Part shown: piece after piece, positions 25,100 to 37,365 of the stretch
How positions within the stretch are numbered: the first letter of the stretch is position 1
Layout of the letters: the number at the start of each line of letters is the position of its first letter
DNA from: Gekko japonicus
Lineage: Eukaryota
Assembly (NCBI RefSeq): GCF_001447785.1
Contig: NW_015168678.1
Span: forward strand, 1-64,000
DNA length: 64,000 nucleotides
Direction of reading: 5' to 3'
The notes under the pieces: model-generated
Told to the model about the DNA's origin: nothing
What the model saw: only the letters and a program-made list of their open reading frames with translations
The model's database searches: none
Made by a program: the position numbers and the translations under genes

Positions 25100-25501
25100 A
25101 TACTCCCCACCACCACCACCGCAAGGTTGCAGTCAGTAAGCGTCAACTACTAGCTTCAAAGATTTGCTCTGCATGATTTCCTTCCTCCCATTTCCTTTCT
25201 TCTCAACTCCTTCTCATTTTTGAGTGACTTGCATATGCACAACCTGTGCGCGCGCGTGTGTTTAACTGCTGAGCTCAAGGGGTGAAACAGCTTGCAACTC
25301 ACTCTGTGATCCATGTGACTGCAGTTTCCGTTAGTTAGTTCCTTCCGCAAGTTCTAAATTAATCTGGTGCTAAGTGAGAGCAAACAGCTAATTTTGTGTT
25401 TGTGTATGTGTGTGTAGAGGGGGTGACAGATAACGGCGAGATTGGAGGACAATTGGTGGTACAGAATGAGCCTCCCAGAGCTGAGCACGTTGCTCCAAAC
25501 G
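25100..25501 (+). promoter_or_regulatory. NRROS: Candidate NRROS promoter / upstream 5' UTR exon
   Basis: Consensus donor G|GTGAGT at 25501/25502; local CpG cluster, ETS-like TTCC motifs, RUNX-like ACCGCA, GATA AGATAA. Confidence 0.4.
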
Positions 25502-25661
25502 GTGAGTACCAATCCCAGAACTTGGCCCCGTTCTTTGCATTAAGGATTGGCTGAAGTTAACAGGAGGGAACTGCTGCTCTTTCAGTCTGAATAAAATCTG
25601 CAAAACACAACCTAAGTTTAGTACATATATGAATTAACTGAGAATGTGTATTGGTTCTATG

Positions 25662-25867
25662 CAGTGCTCCCTCTAAGCTGTGGAGTTTTGTGAGCAGAAA
25701 TTCTACTTTGTGAGCTACTGGCATTAAAGTTGTGAGTGAGTGATTTGGCTACTGCATAAATTAGTTTGCTCTGGAGCCATCCTTCCTGAGCTAAGACAAA
25801 AATGTGTGAGCTGGAGGCTAAAAAACTGTGAGCTAGCTCACACTAACTCAGCTTAGAGGGAACACTG
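25662..25867. mobile_element. hAT MITE copy 3
   Basis: TIRs; TSD GTTCTATG/GTTCCATG. Confidence 0.9.
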
Positions 25868-26714
25868 GTTCCATGCTGCGTGATTCTTGGAGTACATCAC
25901 ATAGGATGCTGTAAAATAGAAAGTTGGCTCTGAATTATGCTCAGGTGAGAGACAACACAGGGCTAATGGTTGTTAACATCAACAATAGTCCCAGCTATTG
26001 GAATAGTGTTCAAGGGCCAGGTGGGGACAGAAGGCAGATAATGGATAAAAATTACAGAACTGACCTGTGAGGGCAAAGAAAAGGAGAGTGATACAGCAGA
26101 GCAGGAACTCAGGGTAGGCACCTTTGCTAGTCAGTGCTCGAAGGATCTCCTAGTTCTTCATCTGGTGGTCTTTTAAACATCCCTGTTCAGTAATATTTTT
26201 TAAAGTTATGGAATACTATCCCAGCTTCTCAACAATGTAAAAAAAAAAATCTGATCACAAAATCGATACCTGATGGTGCAGCCCTAGAGGCAGACTTGCA
26301 GAACAAGGTATGTTTCAGCAAGCGTAAGAGCCCAAATGCACGTGAGCTGTGAACAGATTTCATGCCGATTTTGCACTTAGTTGAAAATGCAGCTGCTAGT
26401 TCTGGCAGGAGTGTGAATATTCAGGAAGGGGTGTTTGATTTCCTAAGTGACCGTAAATATCTGTGTAGTGTACCCGTAGAGTGCCTGTGTGAAAAGCATA
26501 TGCATTCCATTCATGGCAGAGCTTAATGTAGTGTTTGCAGTAAGTGCAAGACCCGGTATTTGGATGGTTTCAATGGCTTCTTACAATGTTTTATGTTTTC
26601 TAGTATTATTTATGAGATAATAAGCTGTAAATTCTCTCCCCCCCAAAAAGGATGGGACTTTTGAACACATTTTCCCCCTACTGTGTCTTTCTTTGCAGGA
26701 ATTCTGCTGTTGAA

Positions 26715-26810
26715 ATGGCATTAGTAACCTTGAGCATCTTCCTATGTGTAGTTTTCGTAGATACAGAATGGGGAAGCAAGCTTACAGCCGATCACAGTCT
26801 CTGCAAACTA
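26715..26810 (+). CDS. NRROS: NRROS first coding exon (signal peptide)
   Basis: Acceptor ctttgcAG at 26698; MALVTLSIFLCVVFVDTEWGSKLTADHSLCKL; donor CTA|GTGAGT, phase 0. Confidence 0.88.
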
Positions 26811-27559
26811 GTGAGTCTTTTGAAAACCTTAAACATATTGTTTCTCATCACCACAGGTCTTTGTTTAAAAATATAGATTCAACATGACATTTTGAGTAAA
26901 ATGATAACATTTTAATTCTATATCACAAACTGATCTAAGTGTCACTAACTGCAAGATTCCAGGAATCCACTAGATTGTTCCGAAAATTGAGTATGTTCAG
27001 CCATTCTACTTCTCTGTCCATTTTAGAAACATTAAGGAACATTTTTCCAGTGTTTTCCTGTGACCTTGAGGTTTGAGGGCTTTGGAGGGGGATGGCTGGA
27101 TTCTGTGTAGTCCCATAGCACTCAAATTGTGCTCCCCTGGAAGGCGTTGGACACTTGAAGAAGTGGTACAAAGGTCCAGGAACAGGTAGGAGTCTGACAT
27201 AGGTAGAGCCTTCCTTGTACCACAGGCCAAGACAATGAAGAGCATTCCCTGTTGATCTATATTGGATTCAGGGGCATGACTGTTCCCCTGTTTCCCTAAC
27301 CTTCTAAATCCAATTTGGGAAGAATTGCTGCTTTGTCTTCCCAGTGTGTTGTTTTAGAAGGTGGTCTGTAATGCCCTGTTGATCAACCCTCTTTACTGGC
27401 ACTGTTGAATAGGAGCCCCAGCCCACATAGCGTGACCTCTGCATACTGGGCTGTGTAACAACTATGGAGTTATTGCTATTGGGTCAGGGACTCCAGAAGA
27501 TGGAATAAGATGTGAAGGTAGCTATGAGCTCAAAGAGCTTGATGAACAAGGATATAATC

Positions 27560-27760
27560 ATATGAGCTGGTGTGGTGCAAGGGTTAGACTGTTGGAAAAG
27601 GACGATGCAGTCCCAAGTTCAAATCCCTACTCTAACATGAAACTCACAGAGTGATTTTAGGCTCTCTTGGCCTAATCTACTTTGCATGGCCGTTGTGTGA
27701 ATAAAATGGAGGAGTGGTTGAAACCATGTGAGCTTCTTAGATGAAAGGTGGGATAATAAG
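27560..27760 (+). mobile_element. MIR-like CORE SINE
   Basis: TGGTGTGGTGCAAGGGTTAGA..AGTTCAAATCCC..GTTGTGTGAATAAAATGG. Confidence 0.6.
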
Positions 27761-28741
27761 TGACAGATTTCAGGAAGTGGTGTCTCAAACTAATCAAGCA
27801 AAGCAAGCTAAACCCCAAATATTGCAATATTACAGGTTTTCCCATGTGTTGAAGTAATTTTTCTGTAAGTAAGAGTTACTTAACACATTATATTTCCTTA
27901 CACAGCCGTACATGGGTCATCTTCACAATGGTATGTGAAGCTTGTACAGGTGGCTGCTTTACTGTGTGTATGCCAGTTAGGTAGCACACACCGAGGGTAT
28001 ACTGTCTAATAGAGTGTTAATTCTCTGCACACACAGTAAAACAGAATGGGGAGTTCCTTAAAGATCCTGTAATGCTATATCTGTATATAAGTCAGGAGCC
28101 CATTTCCATTATTCTATAAACACACAGACTTACTGTGTGGAGGGATACAGGGATCCTTGTTCAGATCTCTGTTTGCTAAACAGCTAGATTCAGTATATAA
28201 AAGCTAAAACTCTGTAATCTTGCCCTCAGATAATCTGTACAGAGGCTACTAGGGATGCGATAAAATGTGGAGGGGCATGTTTTATGGAGGAAATCCCACC
28301 TTGCAATAACTGGGAGAGGGGAAGCATGTGAAACAGGGTAAAAATGTTCTGTCATTCAGAATGGAAGCAGGCAGTGCTGCCCTTGTTCTGATTTGGCTGT
28401 GTGATGTAGTAACAGAGCCAAATCTGAATGGTTATATGAGTTTGTGATGGTATCATGTATGGTAGGTCACTGACAGTGCAGTTGTATGCAGTTTAAATCA
28501 ATTGATTATAAAGGACTTAGACTGGAGTAACTCTGTAATAGTCCCCATTTTATAGATGTTGGGGCTGAAGGGCAATGCTTTGCCCAAAGACACCTAATGG
28601 GTTTTGTGTGTGTGTGCAGTTAGTAGATTTGAACTTAAGACCTGTAAGGTTTATCCACTCTGCCTAATAGCATTTGCAATGGCTATAGAAGCCTGTTCCA
28701 CCTTTTGCTGTTCCACAAATTGATTTGGTTTTTTGCTGCAG

Positions 28742-30703
28742 GAAAAGAGAAGTGCTGATTGCAATGGGAGGTGGCTAGGCTCTGTCCCAGTAGACTTGCC
28801 TGCTGAAACAGAGGAACTTCTTCTGGATGCCAATGTTATACAGACTCTAAGGAATACGTCTTTGGGGCAGTATCAATTCCTGCAGAGCCTCAGACTGTGC
28901 AAGAATGGGCTGGAGCTCATTGAACCTGGGGCCTTCCTTTCCAGCAGGAGTCTTAGTTTTCTCTTCCTGGCCAACAATGCTCTCTTCATGAACTGTTCCA
29001 TGACAGCAGCTGCTCTATGGTCTTTGCCTGCCCTGAGGAAGCTGGACCTATCAGGAAACCAACTCACTGAGGAGATGGTGGCCACCCTGATCCAGCAATT
29101 GTCCTCCTTAGAGTCTTTGTCTTTGGCCAGGAATGCTATTATGAGGCTGGATGACTCTCACTTCAAAAACTTGTTCCGCCTGCAGGACCTGGATTTGCAG
29201 CAGAACTACATCTTTGAGATTGAGATTGGCACCTTTGAAAGTTTACACAGGCTGCAATATCTTAATCTGGCCTACAACTACATGCCTTGCATTGTCGATT
29301 TTGACCTTGCTCAACTCCGTGTACTCAATGTCAGCAACAACCGCATTGAATGGTTCCTGGCTGCAGAGTATAATGCCACCTTTGAACTAGAAACACTAGA
29401 CCTTTCCCACAACCGCCTCCTGTTCTTCCCCCTGTTGCCCCGGCTAAATAAACTGCAAACACTGCTGCTCACACACAATCAAATGAACTTTTATGGCAAA
29501 CTCTTCAATGATTCAGAGAGTACACTGCATCTGCAGTCACTGTATGGCAATGTCACCAATGTCACGATCACCAACCTTTGGGAGGAGATCAGCCATGGTG
29601 CCCTCCCTTTCCTGAGCTTTCTGGACATGAGCTGGAATCAGGTCCGGTACCTGCCTGAAAGATTTTTTGAAGGGATGGTGTCCCTAACTCACCTGAAACT
29701 CAGTCACAACTGCTTGGACACATTGTACATTCATGAACTGCTAAACTCCCTTGTTCATTTGGATCTCAGCTACAATCAGCTTATGGATCTACAGATAAGC
29801 TTGGGTCCTGCAGTGACTTTACCTAATCTCAGATGGCTTAATCTAAGCGACAACAGACTGCAAGCTTTGCCAGCTGAAATGTTTACCCATACAGCAAAGA
29901 TCACTACAGTTGACCTCAGTCACAACCCAGTAGAGATTTGTGCCCTACATGGAAGCACCACTGGTGGTACAAGTCCCAGCTGCACAGAATTCAGGAATGC
30001 TGGCTCCTTGAGGAATCTCTTCTTGACTGGTTGTGGCCTCAAAGTGCTGGGCAGCCATGTCTTTAGGAGTACCTCCTTAGAGCATTTAGATCTTTCTGAC
30101 AATCCAAGTGCATTGCTGGGTGGCCTGGTATCTCTGCAAAATGTGGCACCATCCCTGCAGGTGCTCTCTCTCAGGAACACTGGCCTGTCTGCTGCAAGCA
30201 TAAATGCGGACTTTGCTGCCTTTCAGAAGCTCAGAAATCTGGACCTGTCTGAAAATTCTCTGGCCAGCTTCCCTGAGTCTTTAATAGGCTTGAGACTAAG
30301 CATTCTTGATCTCAGGAGAAACTGCCTGAACTCACTACCTCAACATGTCATGCAAAATCAGCTTGGGAAGAGTTTACGTATGATCTACCTCAGCCAGAAT
30401 CCCTATGACTGTTGCAGTCTGGAGTGGTGGGATGCCCTTCACAGCCGCCGCACTGTACACATTGCGGACATGAGTCAAGTCACCTGCAATTACTCCTCCA
30501 GGTTAATCAGTGCAGCAAATCTACCAGAATCGATCCTCCAGAGTTGCAGGTGGCTCAGCGTAGACATAGTGCTGCTTTATCTGGTGATGGCTCTTCCCAC
30601 TTGCTTAGCTCTGCTGGTTGCCTTTGCCATAATTTTTTTGACTTTCAGGCAACAGATTCTGCAAATGGTGAAGAGCAGGTATAGGACATCCAGCCCTTAT
30701 TGA
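28742..30703 (+). CDS. NRROS: NRROS/LRRC33 (TGF-beta1 milieu molecule), main coding exon
   Basis: gctgcAG|GAA; tandem LxxLxLxxN repeats, LRRCT NPYDCC, TM helix, short tail ending SSPY; synteny between FBXO45 and CEP19; total 685 aa. Confidence 0.95.
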   Translation, partial: EKRSADCNGRWLGSVPVDLPAETEELLLDANVIQTLRNTSLGQYQFLQSLRLCKNGLELIEPGAFLSSRSLSFLFLANNALFMNCSMTAAALWSLPALRKLDLSGNQLTEEMVATLIQQLSSLESLSLARNAIMRLDDSHFKNLFRLQDLDLQQNYIFEIEIGTFESLHRLQYLNLAYNYMPCIVDFDLAQLRVLNVSNNRIEWFLAAEYNATFELETLDLSHNRLLFFPLLPRLNKLQTLLLTHNQMNFYGKLFNDSESTLHLQSLYGNVTNVTITNLWEEISHGALPFLSFLDMSWNQVRYLPERFFEGMVSLTHLKLSHNCLDTLYIHELLNSLVHLDLSYNQLMDLQISLGPAVTLPNLRWLNLSDNRLQALPAEMFTHTAKITTVDLSHNPVEICALHGSTTGGTSPSCTEFRNAGSLRNLFLTGCGLKVLGSHVFRSTSLEHLDLSDNPSALLGGLVSLQNVAPSLQVLSLRNTGLSAASINADFAAFQKLRNLDLSENSLASFPESLIGLRLSILDLRRNCLNSLPQHVMQNQLGKSLRMIYLSQNPYDCCSLEWWDALHSRRTVHIADMSQVTCNYSSRLISAANLPESILQSCRWLSVDIVLLYLVMALPTCLALLVAFAIIFLTFRQQILQMVKSRYRTSSPY

Positions 30704-33700
30704 TGTGAGAGGTGGGGGGGGGGGGAGAAGAAAGCCTCTGAGCCACAGGAATGGGTACAGCCAGTACTCTTCCATTGCTGTGATTCTAACAACCATGTGT
30801 GGACATTTTTTGAATAAAGCTGCCTTACTAGTATCATTTCCTTGCTGTTGGCAGGGATGGAACAACATGCCTGCAGTCTTGTGTACTGAGGGTACTGTAT
30901 AAGGGAATATTATACAGTATTTTATAATAGGAAAGCCTTGACAAATAAGAAAGACCATAGCAAGAACCTTATACTGAAAATTAATCATGATGAAGGATGT
31001 ATGAATAAATGAAACTCTCAAGGAGATGTGGCTTCTTAGGTATTTTTATTCTAAAAGAGAAGGTGTTTCCATTTCTGGCCTTGTTGAGACACTAACTGAA
31101 GGGCTTTGGAGGAGGATTAATGTTGGAGGGCATACTGTGGAGTTTCTGTTTTTCTTCTTCTTCTTGCATTCCTGGGTTTATGCATTTTTCATTATTCATG
31201 TTCTAAAGACATCTAAGCACTGTAGGCTTTTGTAGGTCAACATTGGTGCGGAAGGAAAAAGAGAAGAAATACAGGTCGTCACATATATTGCAATAAAGTC
31301 AAGAATGGAAACCATGTCCTATATACGCATTTCAAAGCACTTTTGTCCTCAGCATGTCCTCCCCAGTCTCCTGCTGACAGATGTGCTCTGGGAGTTTCAT
31401 GCTTCAAACATAATTCTGAGGTATTCCAAGGCCTTCTTTGGATGAGAACCATAGAACATAGAGAGGCCTAAAGCCTCACCTGCTTGATGGTTCCCAGAAG
31501 GGAATGGCTGGTTTGGAGGGTGGAGTCTATGGCTTTGTACCTGTCTGAGGTCCCACGCCTCCTGAAACCTCACCCTCTCCAGGCTCCATCCCTCACATCT
31601 CCATCCCTCACATCTCCAGGAATTCCCCACCTGGATTTGGCAACCCCATCTCGTTCCCAGCCAATCCTCAACTGACCTTTATTTTCCCCTCACTCTTCAG
31701 CTTTCCACCCCACACACATCTGCAGCCTCTCCCGTGCTCTGAAGCCCTGACTGCTACGTCACATTGGCTGTCATACGGGGGCCACCTCAGCAGCATATAA
31801 GGATACAGAGCCCACCATTTTCTCCAGGGGAACTGATCTCTGCCATCTGGAAAGCAGTTGTAATTCTGAGTGATCTCCAGCCCTCACCTGGAGATTGGAC
31901 ACATTTTACCTCAGAAGAGCAAACTTTAGAATGTTAGAGGCAAGAGCCAATTAAGTTGCATATGCAAACGACCTCTGTGTTCCGAGGCAAAGGCCAATGA
32001 GGCTGCATATGCAAATAACCTCTGTGTTCTGACTGGCTAAGGGGGGGGGAGGAACAGCAAACTGTTTAGAATGTTGGAGGCGAAACTCAAGCAATGCAGC
32101 CAGTGGATAGGGACAGATTCTGAGTGACACACCAGGGCGCCAACCAATTCCAAAGCGTATGGAATGTTCTAGAGAAGTGCCACCACCATTCGGCTTTTAT
32201 ATATAAGAGAGATACATGCAAGCATTCAGTGCATGTGCAGTATCCCTGACAGGGTAAATAACACTCCCTCGGTCCACTTCAGGTTGGGGAAATAGTGTAG
32301 GTGGGTGGGGGGAAGCAGGAGCCCTCCCCCATGCCATGGTCCCAATCCAAATTGGACCCATATGGTGCGAGTTTCCACAGGGTGCTCCCAGCTGTTGTAT
32401 GGCTTCAAGTTCCCCTGACAACTATCTGTGTCATTTCATGGCTCAGCTTTATGTCAGATAAGAACAGTGAGCATTCACATCAACAGTTTACAGGTTCCCC
32501 CCCCCCTCGGGCTCTGTCAAGGGGTGTGTGTGTCATACTGTGTATTTGAGTTCTAGACTACAATAGCATATGTTGCATTCAATATTTTTCTAAAAAATTT
32601 AAGTTGCCAGAAGACTTCTTTTTATTTTGATATGCCTTGTATATTTTAAATCAAGAAGAGTATAGCATAGATAAGCTCTGACACAATGAAGATGCAAATA
32701 GCATGGGGCTGCTTGCTCATTGGCACTAATCCATAGTGCAGCTTTCTTCCATATTTTGAATGGAGACAGATGCCACCTAAGAGGAGGTGAGTGTCATGTT
32801 GCCTCTGAGATAGTTACCAACTCATAAAAAAACTAGGTGGCTGTGATAATAATATCAACAATGAAATGCGGCTGCTAATAACAAAGCCTGCATTTTCAGA
32901 ATCTTTTAAAAGCAAATTTCTAAAACTCCTTCTGGAAAGGGGGGGGGGGAGAAATTAAATATTGTGTTCAGTTTCTGACAGCAGAGGATTTTGGGCACCA
33001 GAATATATATATATATATATATTTTAAAAAGGTCATTAGGAAAAAACATTCCTGTATTGTAGCCATTCTTACCTGGTAAAGAAACATGTAAGGCTAGGCA
33101 TAGATGGAGCAACTCTCCAAATTTTATCATGTTATATAAGCTGTTGGGTGCATATTATGTGGTTTTATTGGCATCCTGGTGAGAGATCCAAGCTACTTGA
33201 TATGGTGTAAATATTAATTAAAGAGGAAAAGGGAAGTTTTTTAAAAAATTGAGAATGAACAGAATTTGCATAAGGGAAGAAGTAGAGGAGATATTGTAGG
33301 TGAGGCACATGTGCAAAGAGACCAGTGGCTGGTACTGTGCCAGTAAAAAGCTCAGGCCATTTTGATAGGAACCACTGGTGAGGAGATTGGGGCATAAGTT
33401 TTGTCTCACCAAGAAAATCTATCTTGAGACCTTCCTATGGAAGGAACTGCCTCCATATGAATATTTGGTTGAGGAATGTGGTTTCTTTTCCTCACTTGAT
33501 CTTTTTGATATTTCAATAAAGAACACAAAGGCCATTTTCAGTATTTTTTAATATTTACCATTTCTTCTTTAAAATATATTTGGTGTTAGTAAATACCATA
33601 AGATTGTGTTGACTTTCATTGAAAACCGACAACAACAGTGACAAAAAGGACTGTAATCCAGACCTGAGTTGATGCCATTATATCCTGTCTTTTTTACCCA

Positions 33701-33726
33701 CTGATTTTTTTCGCCCTCTTGTGTTA

Positions 33727-34745
33727 GGCCCATTACACATGCACGTCTTACTGCAGATTTTCAGAGCAGTAAGCCTTTAATCTTGACTTTGGATTCTGTG
33801 CCCACCTTGCATGCTATTCTTTTTCCTTCAGTGTTTTTATTCCGCAACTACAATTTTTTAAAAATGCACCTTTCTAAATTGGGGAGGAATATCACTTGTG
33901 ACATGTTGGGGGTGGTGTCCAAAGGTTTTTTAAATTCGTGCAGTCGCCCTATCGCAGCTGCAAAGCTGCCTTCCATTTAAATCCATTGCAGCTGCCTTCC
34001 ATTTAAATCCTCGTGGTTCAGGTTTTACAAGTGCATTTTAGCATTAGTTTTCCTTGAATGAAAGGGAACAGAAAAGAACCAGGCAAAAGGAGGAAAACTG
34101 ATGTTGAAACTGACCAGATTTTTTTTTGAAATTGATAAGCAGCTGTGAAGCCCCATTTTCCATATTGCGGAGCACTGGGGATTCTCTGCTGTGTTATCGG
34201 CCACTGCGAAAAATAGGAAAGAATCACATGATCACTGGCATTGCAAGCTGTGGTCTTTGGCAATGTTTGTGTGTGTGTGACTGTGTAAAGTCATCTGCAA
34301 CCTCACGCAGGTCCTTTTAAACTTTTCCTGTTTTAATTTTTTTATACTAGTGATAGTGTCATATTGCTAGACTCATGCCACTTGTAAAAAAAAAAATTAA
34401 AAATTAAAACAAGGGGGAAATGGAGCTTGTACACTGATGGGTGGGGAGGATGGTGGAAGGTGCAGAATGGGTGGAATTACCTCAATGTGAGTGGAGGAGT
34501 CACCTTCAAGGGGCAACAAAAGGGCAGGGAAGAAATCCAAGGGGATCTGTATACTTTTGAATTACCTTTGGCTTGGAAGTGAAACAAGGGAAAATTGGCA
34601 CAAAAGCACTCTCAGAAAACCTGGGAAAACAGTGACCAGAGAGTGAACTGAGCACTGAAGGGAGGAAAATCAATGCAGAACAACAAAGAAAACCCAGTGG
34701 ACATGCACAGTGAAAGTGAGGGAAAGCACCTGTGCATAATAGGCA
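33727..34745. mobile_element. Old PIF/Harbinger-like non-autonomous element
   Basis: Imperfect TIRs GGCCCATTACACA / TGCCTATTATGCA with TTA on both sides. Confidence 0.5.
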
Positions 34746-36240
34746 TTAGCTGAAGTTGGTTTATTGGACTTACCCATTATGTAGCTTTCATGCTGATTTC
34801 ATGTTTGCCTTGGTTTTCTGCTATTTTCTTGTTCTTGTTTATATGTGGTCATATGCTAAACTCAGGTAATTTTTATAATGGGTACTATACATTATTCAAA
34901 AGTCAATTTAATTGGATTTATTCCGATATATGGAATTGAAGCCTTCAGAGTGCAAGGAATTTTGGGTACATAAACTGTTTCCTACTAATAATAGGCAATG
35001 ATTATCAATGTATTGTTCAGGTTTAGCTTCTTTTTTGAGATATGAAAGTTTTAAGATACAAATCTGGGAATAAGCTGTGTTTGAGTCCTTGCAGTAGTTA
35101 GATGTTTGAAAATAATTAGAAATGAGTTTATACAGGACTGAAATCCTTCAGATCATATGCTGTATCAAAACGAGGGTCAACACAATTCTGCATTTGGTAA
35201 GATAAAATAGGAGGGTCCCATCTGAGAAATGCCAGTTATTATTTGGTTTTAGCACCTCATACAAATTTGCCACCACCACCAATATGTATATACTATCAGT
35301 GAAGTGAAAAACAATTTGCAAAGAGGATAAAAACCAAAAGACCAGTTTGTACTTAATAGTAATTTCCACGTTAGAGTTTTCTCTCTGGGGCTAAGCACTT
35401 TCATGCCAGTAGTAAATTTCCCAAGCAGGTTGCTGTTAAAGAAGCAGAGCTATGGTTGTGTCATAGAAAGCTGCTATTACCCTGCAAACAGCCAACTTGC
35501 TGTATGTGGATCAGTCCTTACTGCTTGAGGCCTACCTGTGGTAGAGGTTTATGCAGGAAACCACATTCTGAAGAAACCACAGCCCATTTTCTGCAATGTG
35601 TATGCATTCTGCAGAAGTGTGTGTGTGGGTAGGTAATTTCAACTCTGAAAGATGGGCCAGCCAAGATTCCAGTTTGCAATAACTAGTATGCAGTACAAGT
35701 GAAAGAGAACAGGACAGTTTGTGGTGCTCATGTTTCATAAGTCTTATCCATCCATCCATTTTTTAGGCCACCCTTTCCTGCAAGCAAGGCTCAGAGTGGC
35801 TTACAACAGAGCCATAATTCAATAATTCAAGTTAAAACCAACATTAAAATACCTATAATATCAGCAAATAAAACAATACACTTCCCAAGGTGGTGGAAGG
35901 GATTTTAATTTCCACAGGCCGCCTGGGGTGTGTGTATGTGGAGGATGGGTGTGTGTGAGAGTGCCAGATTTTACAGTGTCCTGACACTGTCCTCAACCAA
36001 ATGCCTGGCAGAACATCTCTGCCTTGCATGCCCTGAAGAAAGGTAGTAAATTCTGCAGGGCACGGATATTATCTGGTAGAGAGTTTCACCAAACTTTGTG
36101 AGTTCATCCAGCCTAAATCCATGCTCTCTTTCAGAATGATGTTGAGGCATGCAATAAAGAAGGATGTTGCCTGGGCAAATTTACATACAGTTCAACATCC
36201 ACAAAGCTGTTCTGCTTGGCACATGCCACTGTAATTTCTC

Positions 36241-36457
36241 TAGGGTTGACAGCCTCCTGGTAGTGGCTGGAGATCTCCTGATATTACAACGGATCTCCAT
36301 GTGACAAAGCAGTTCAACTGGAGAAAATGGCCACTCCGAAAGGTGGACTCTATGGCATTATACTCCTCTTAAGTCCTTCTCCTCGCCAAACCCTGCCCTC
36401 CTCAGGCTCTACTCCCAAAATCTCCAGGTATTTCCCAACCTGGAGCTGGCAACCCTA
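36241..36457. mobile_element. hAT-like MITE (TAGGGTTGCCA family); related pieces at 31480-31900 and 55800-56040
   Basis: TIRs TAGGGTTGACAGC / TAGGGTTGCCAGC. Confidence 0.75.
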
Positions 36458-36654
36458 GACTTATTCCATTTGCATGCAAGGTAAGCAGTGAACAAATTCT
36501 CAGGGGTATAACAGTATCATCTCATGTTATTGTGTAGTTGCAGTAACTGAAAAAGGCAAGCTCAAAAGATCTGCATTTTGTGAACACCTTCTTTTTTTAA
36601 AAAAGTGATATCCTGCCTTACAGTTGAAAAGAAAGAACTCTCCAGGTGGCTTTG

Positions 36655-36845
36655 TGATGGAGGAAAGTGCCATCAAGTTGCAGCCATCTTATGGCAACCC
36701 CGTAGTGTTTTCAAGGACGAGACACCCAGAGGTGGTTTGCCATTGTCTTGCCTTCTGTGTAGCAACCCTGGACTTCCTTGGTGGTCTCCCATCTAAGTAC
36801 TAACCAGAGCCAATCCTGCTTAGATTCCAAGCCGGGACCATCCAA
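36655..36845 (-). mobile_element. 5S-derived SINE
   Basis: GGTCTCCCATCTAAGTACTAACC..CCTGCTTAG; RTE-like tail. Confidence 0.7.
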
Positions 36846-36929
36846 GTTATAGCCACAGTGTCTTATCAATAGTTAAAACACCCAATGATAACCCCAAAAC
36901 ACATTTTTTAAAAAGCAGGAATATGAACA

Positions 36930-37365
36930 ATTTTTTTTAATAGCATTTTATTGAGTTTTATATATTTTTACATTCTGTATTACTTGTTAGTTGTATACAG
37001 TATCTTTCAACAGCATCTAATAAACAAGAATAGAAATGTTCTCCATACGTACAATACTTGTTAATAAAACACAAAGTCTCTATATTTCTGAGGTAGTGCA
37101 TATAATTGGGGTGGACAGGCAGTAAGATATTCAAAAAACACAAACCATTTTTCCATAAAATTATTAACACCTTTCGGATTGTCAAAAGCTATTAATTGCA
37201 TAGCGATTTTATCTGAAACTATCAAGTCCCACAGTTTAGATCTCCATTGTGATAGATTTGGTACCTTAAATAATTTCCAATTTAAGGCGATTAAATTTTT
37301 TGCAGCCATTAGCATAGTAGAAATTAACTCTTCGTTCTGTTTAGACCAGTTCATACCTGCAGCAT
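36930..37365 (-). mobile_element. L1 3' fragment
   Basis: MLMAAKNLIALNWK..PNLSQW ORF2 end, minus-strand AATAAA and poly(A). Confidence 0.75.

Noticed and set aside
33965-34010. Short ~25 bp tandem duplication AGCTGCCTTCCATTTAAATCC
   Set aside because: Ordinary slippage inside an old transposon
34575-34584. Second GGAAGTGAAA ETS-IRF motif
   Set aside because: Inside a probable transposon remnant with no supporting context
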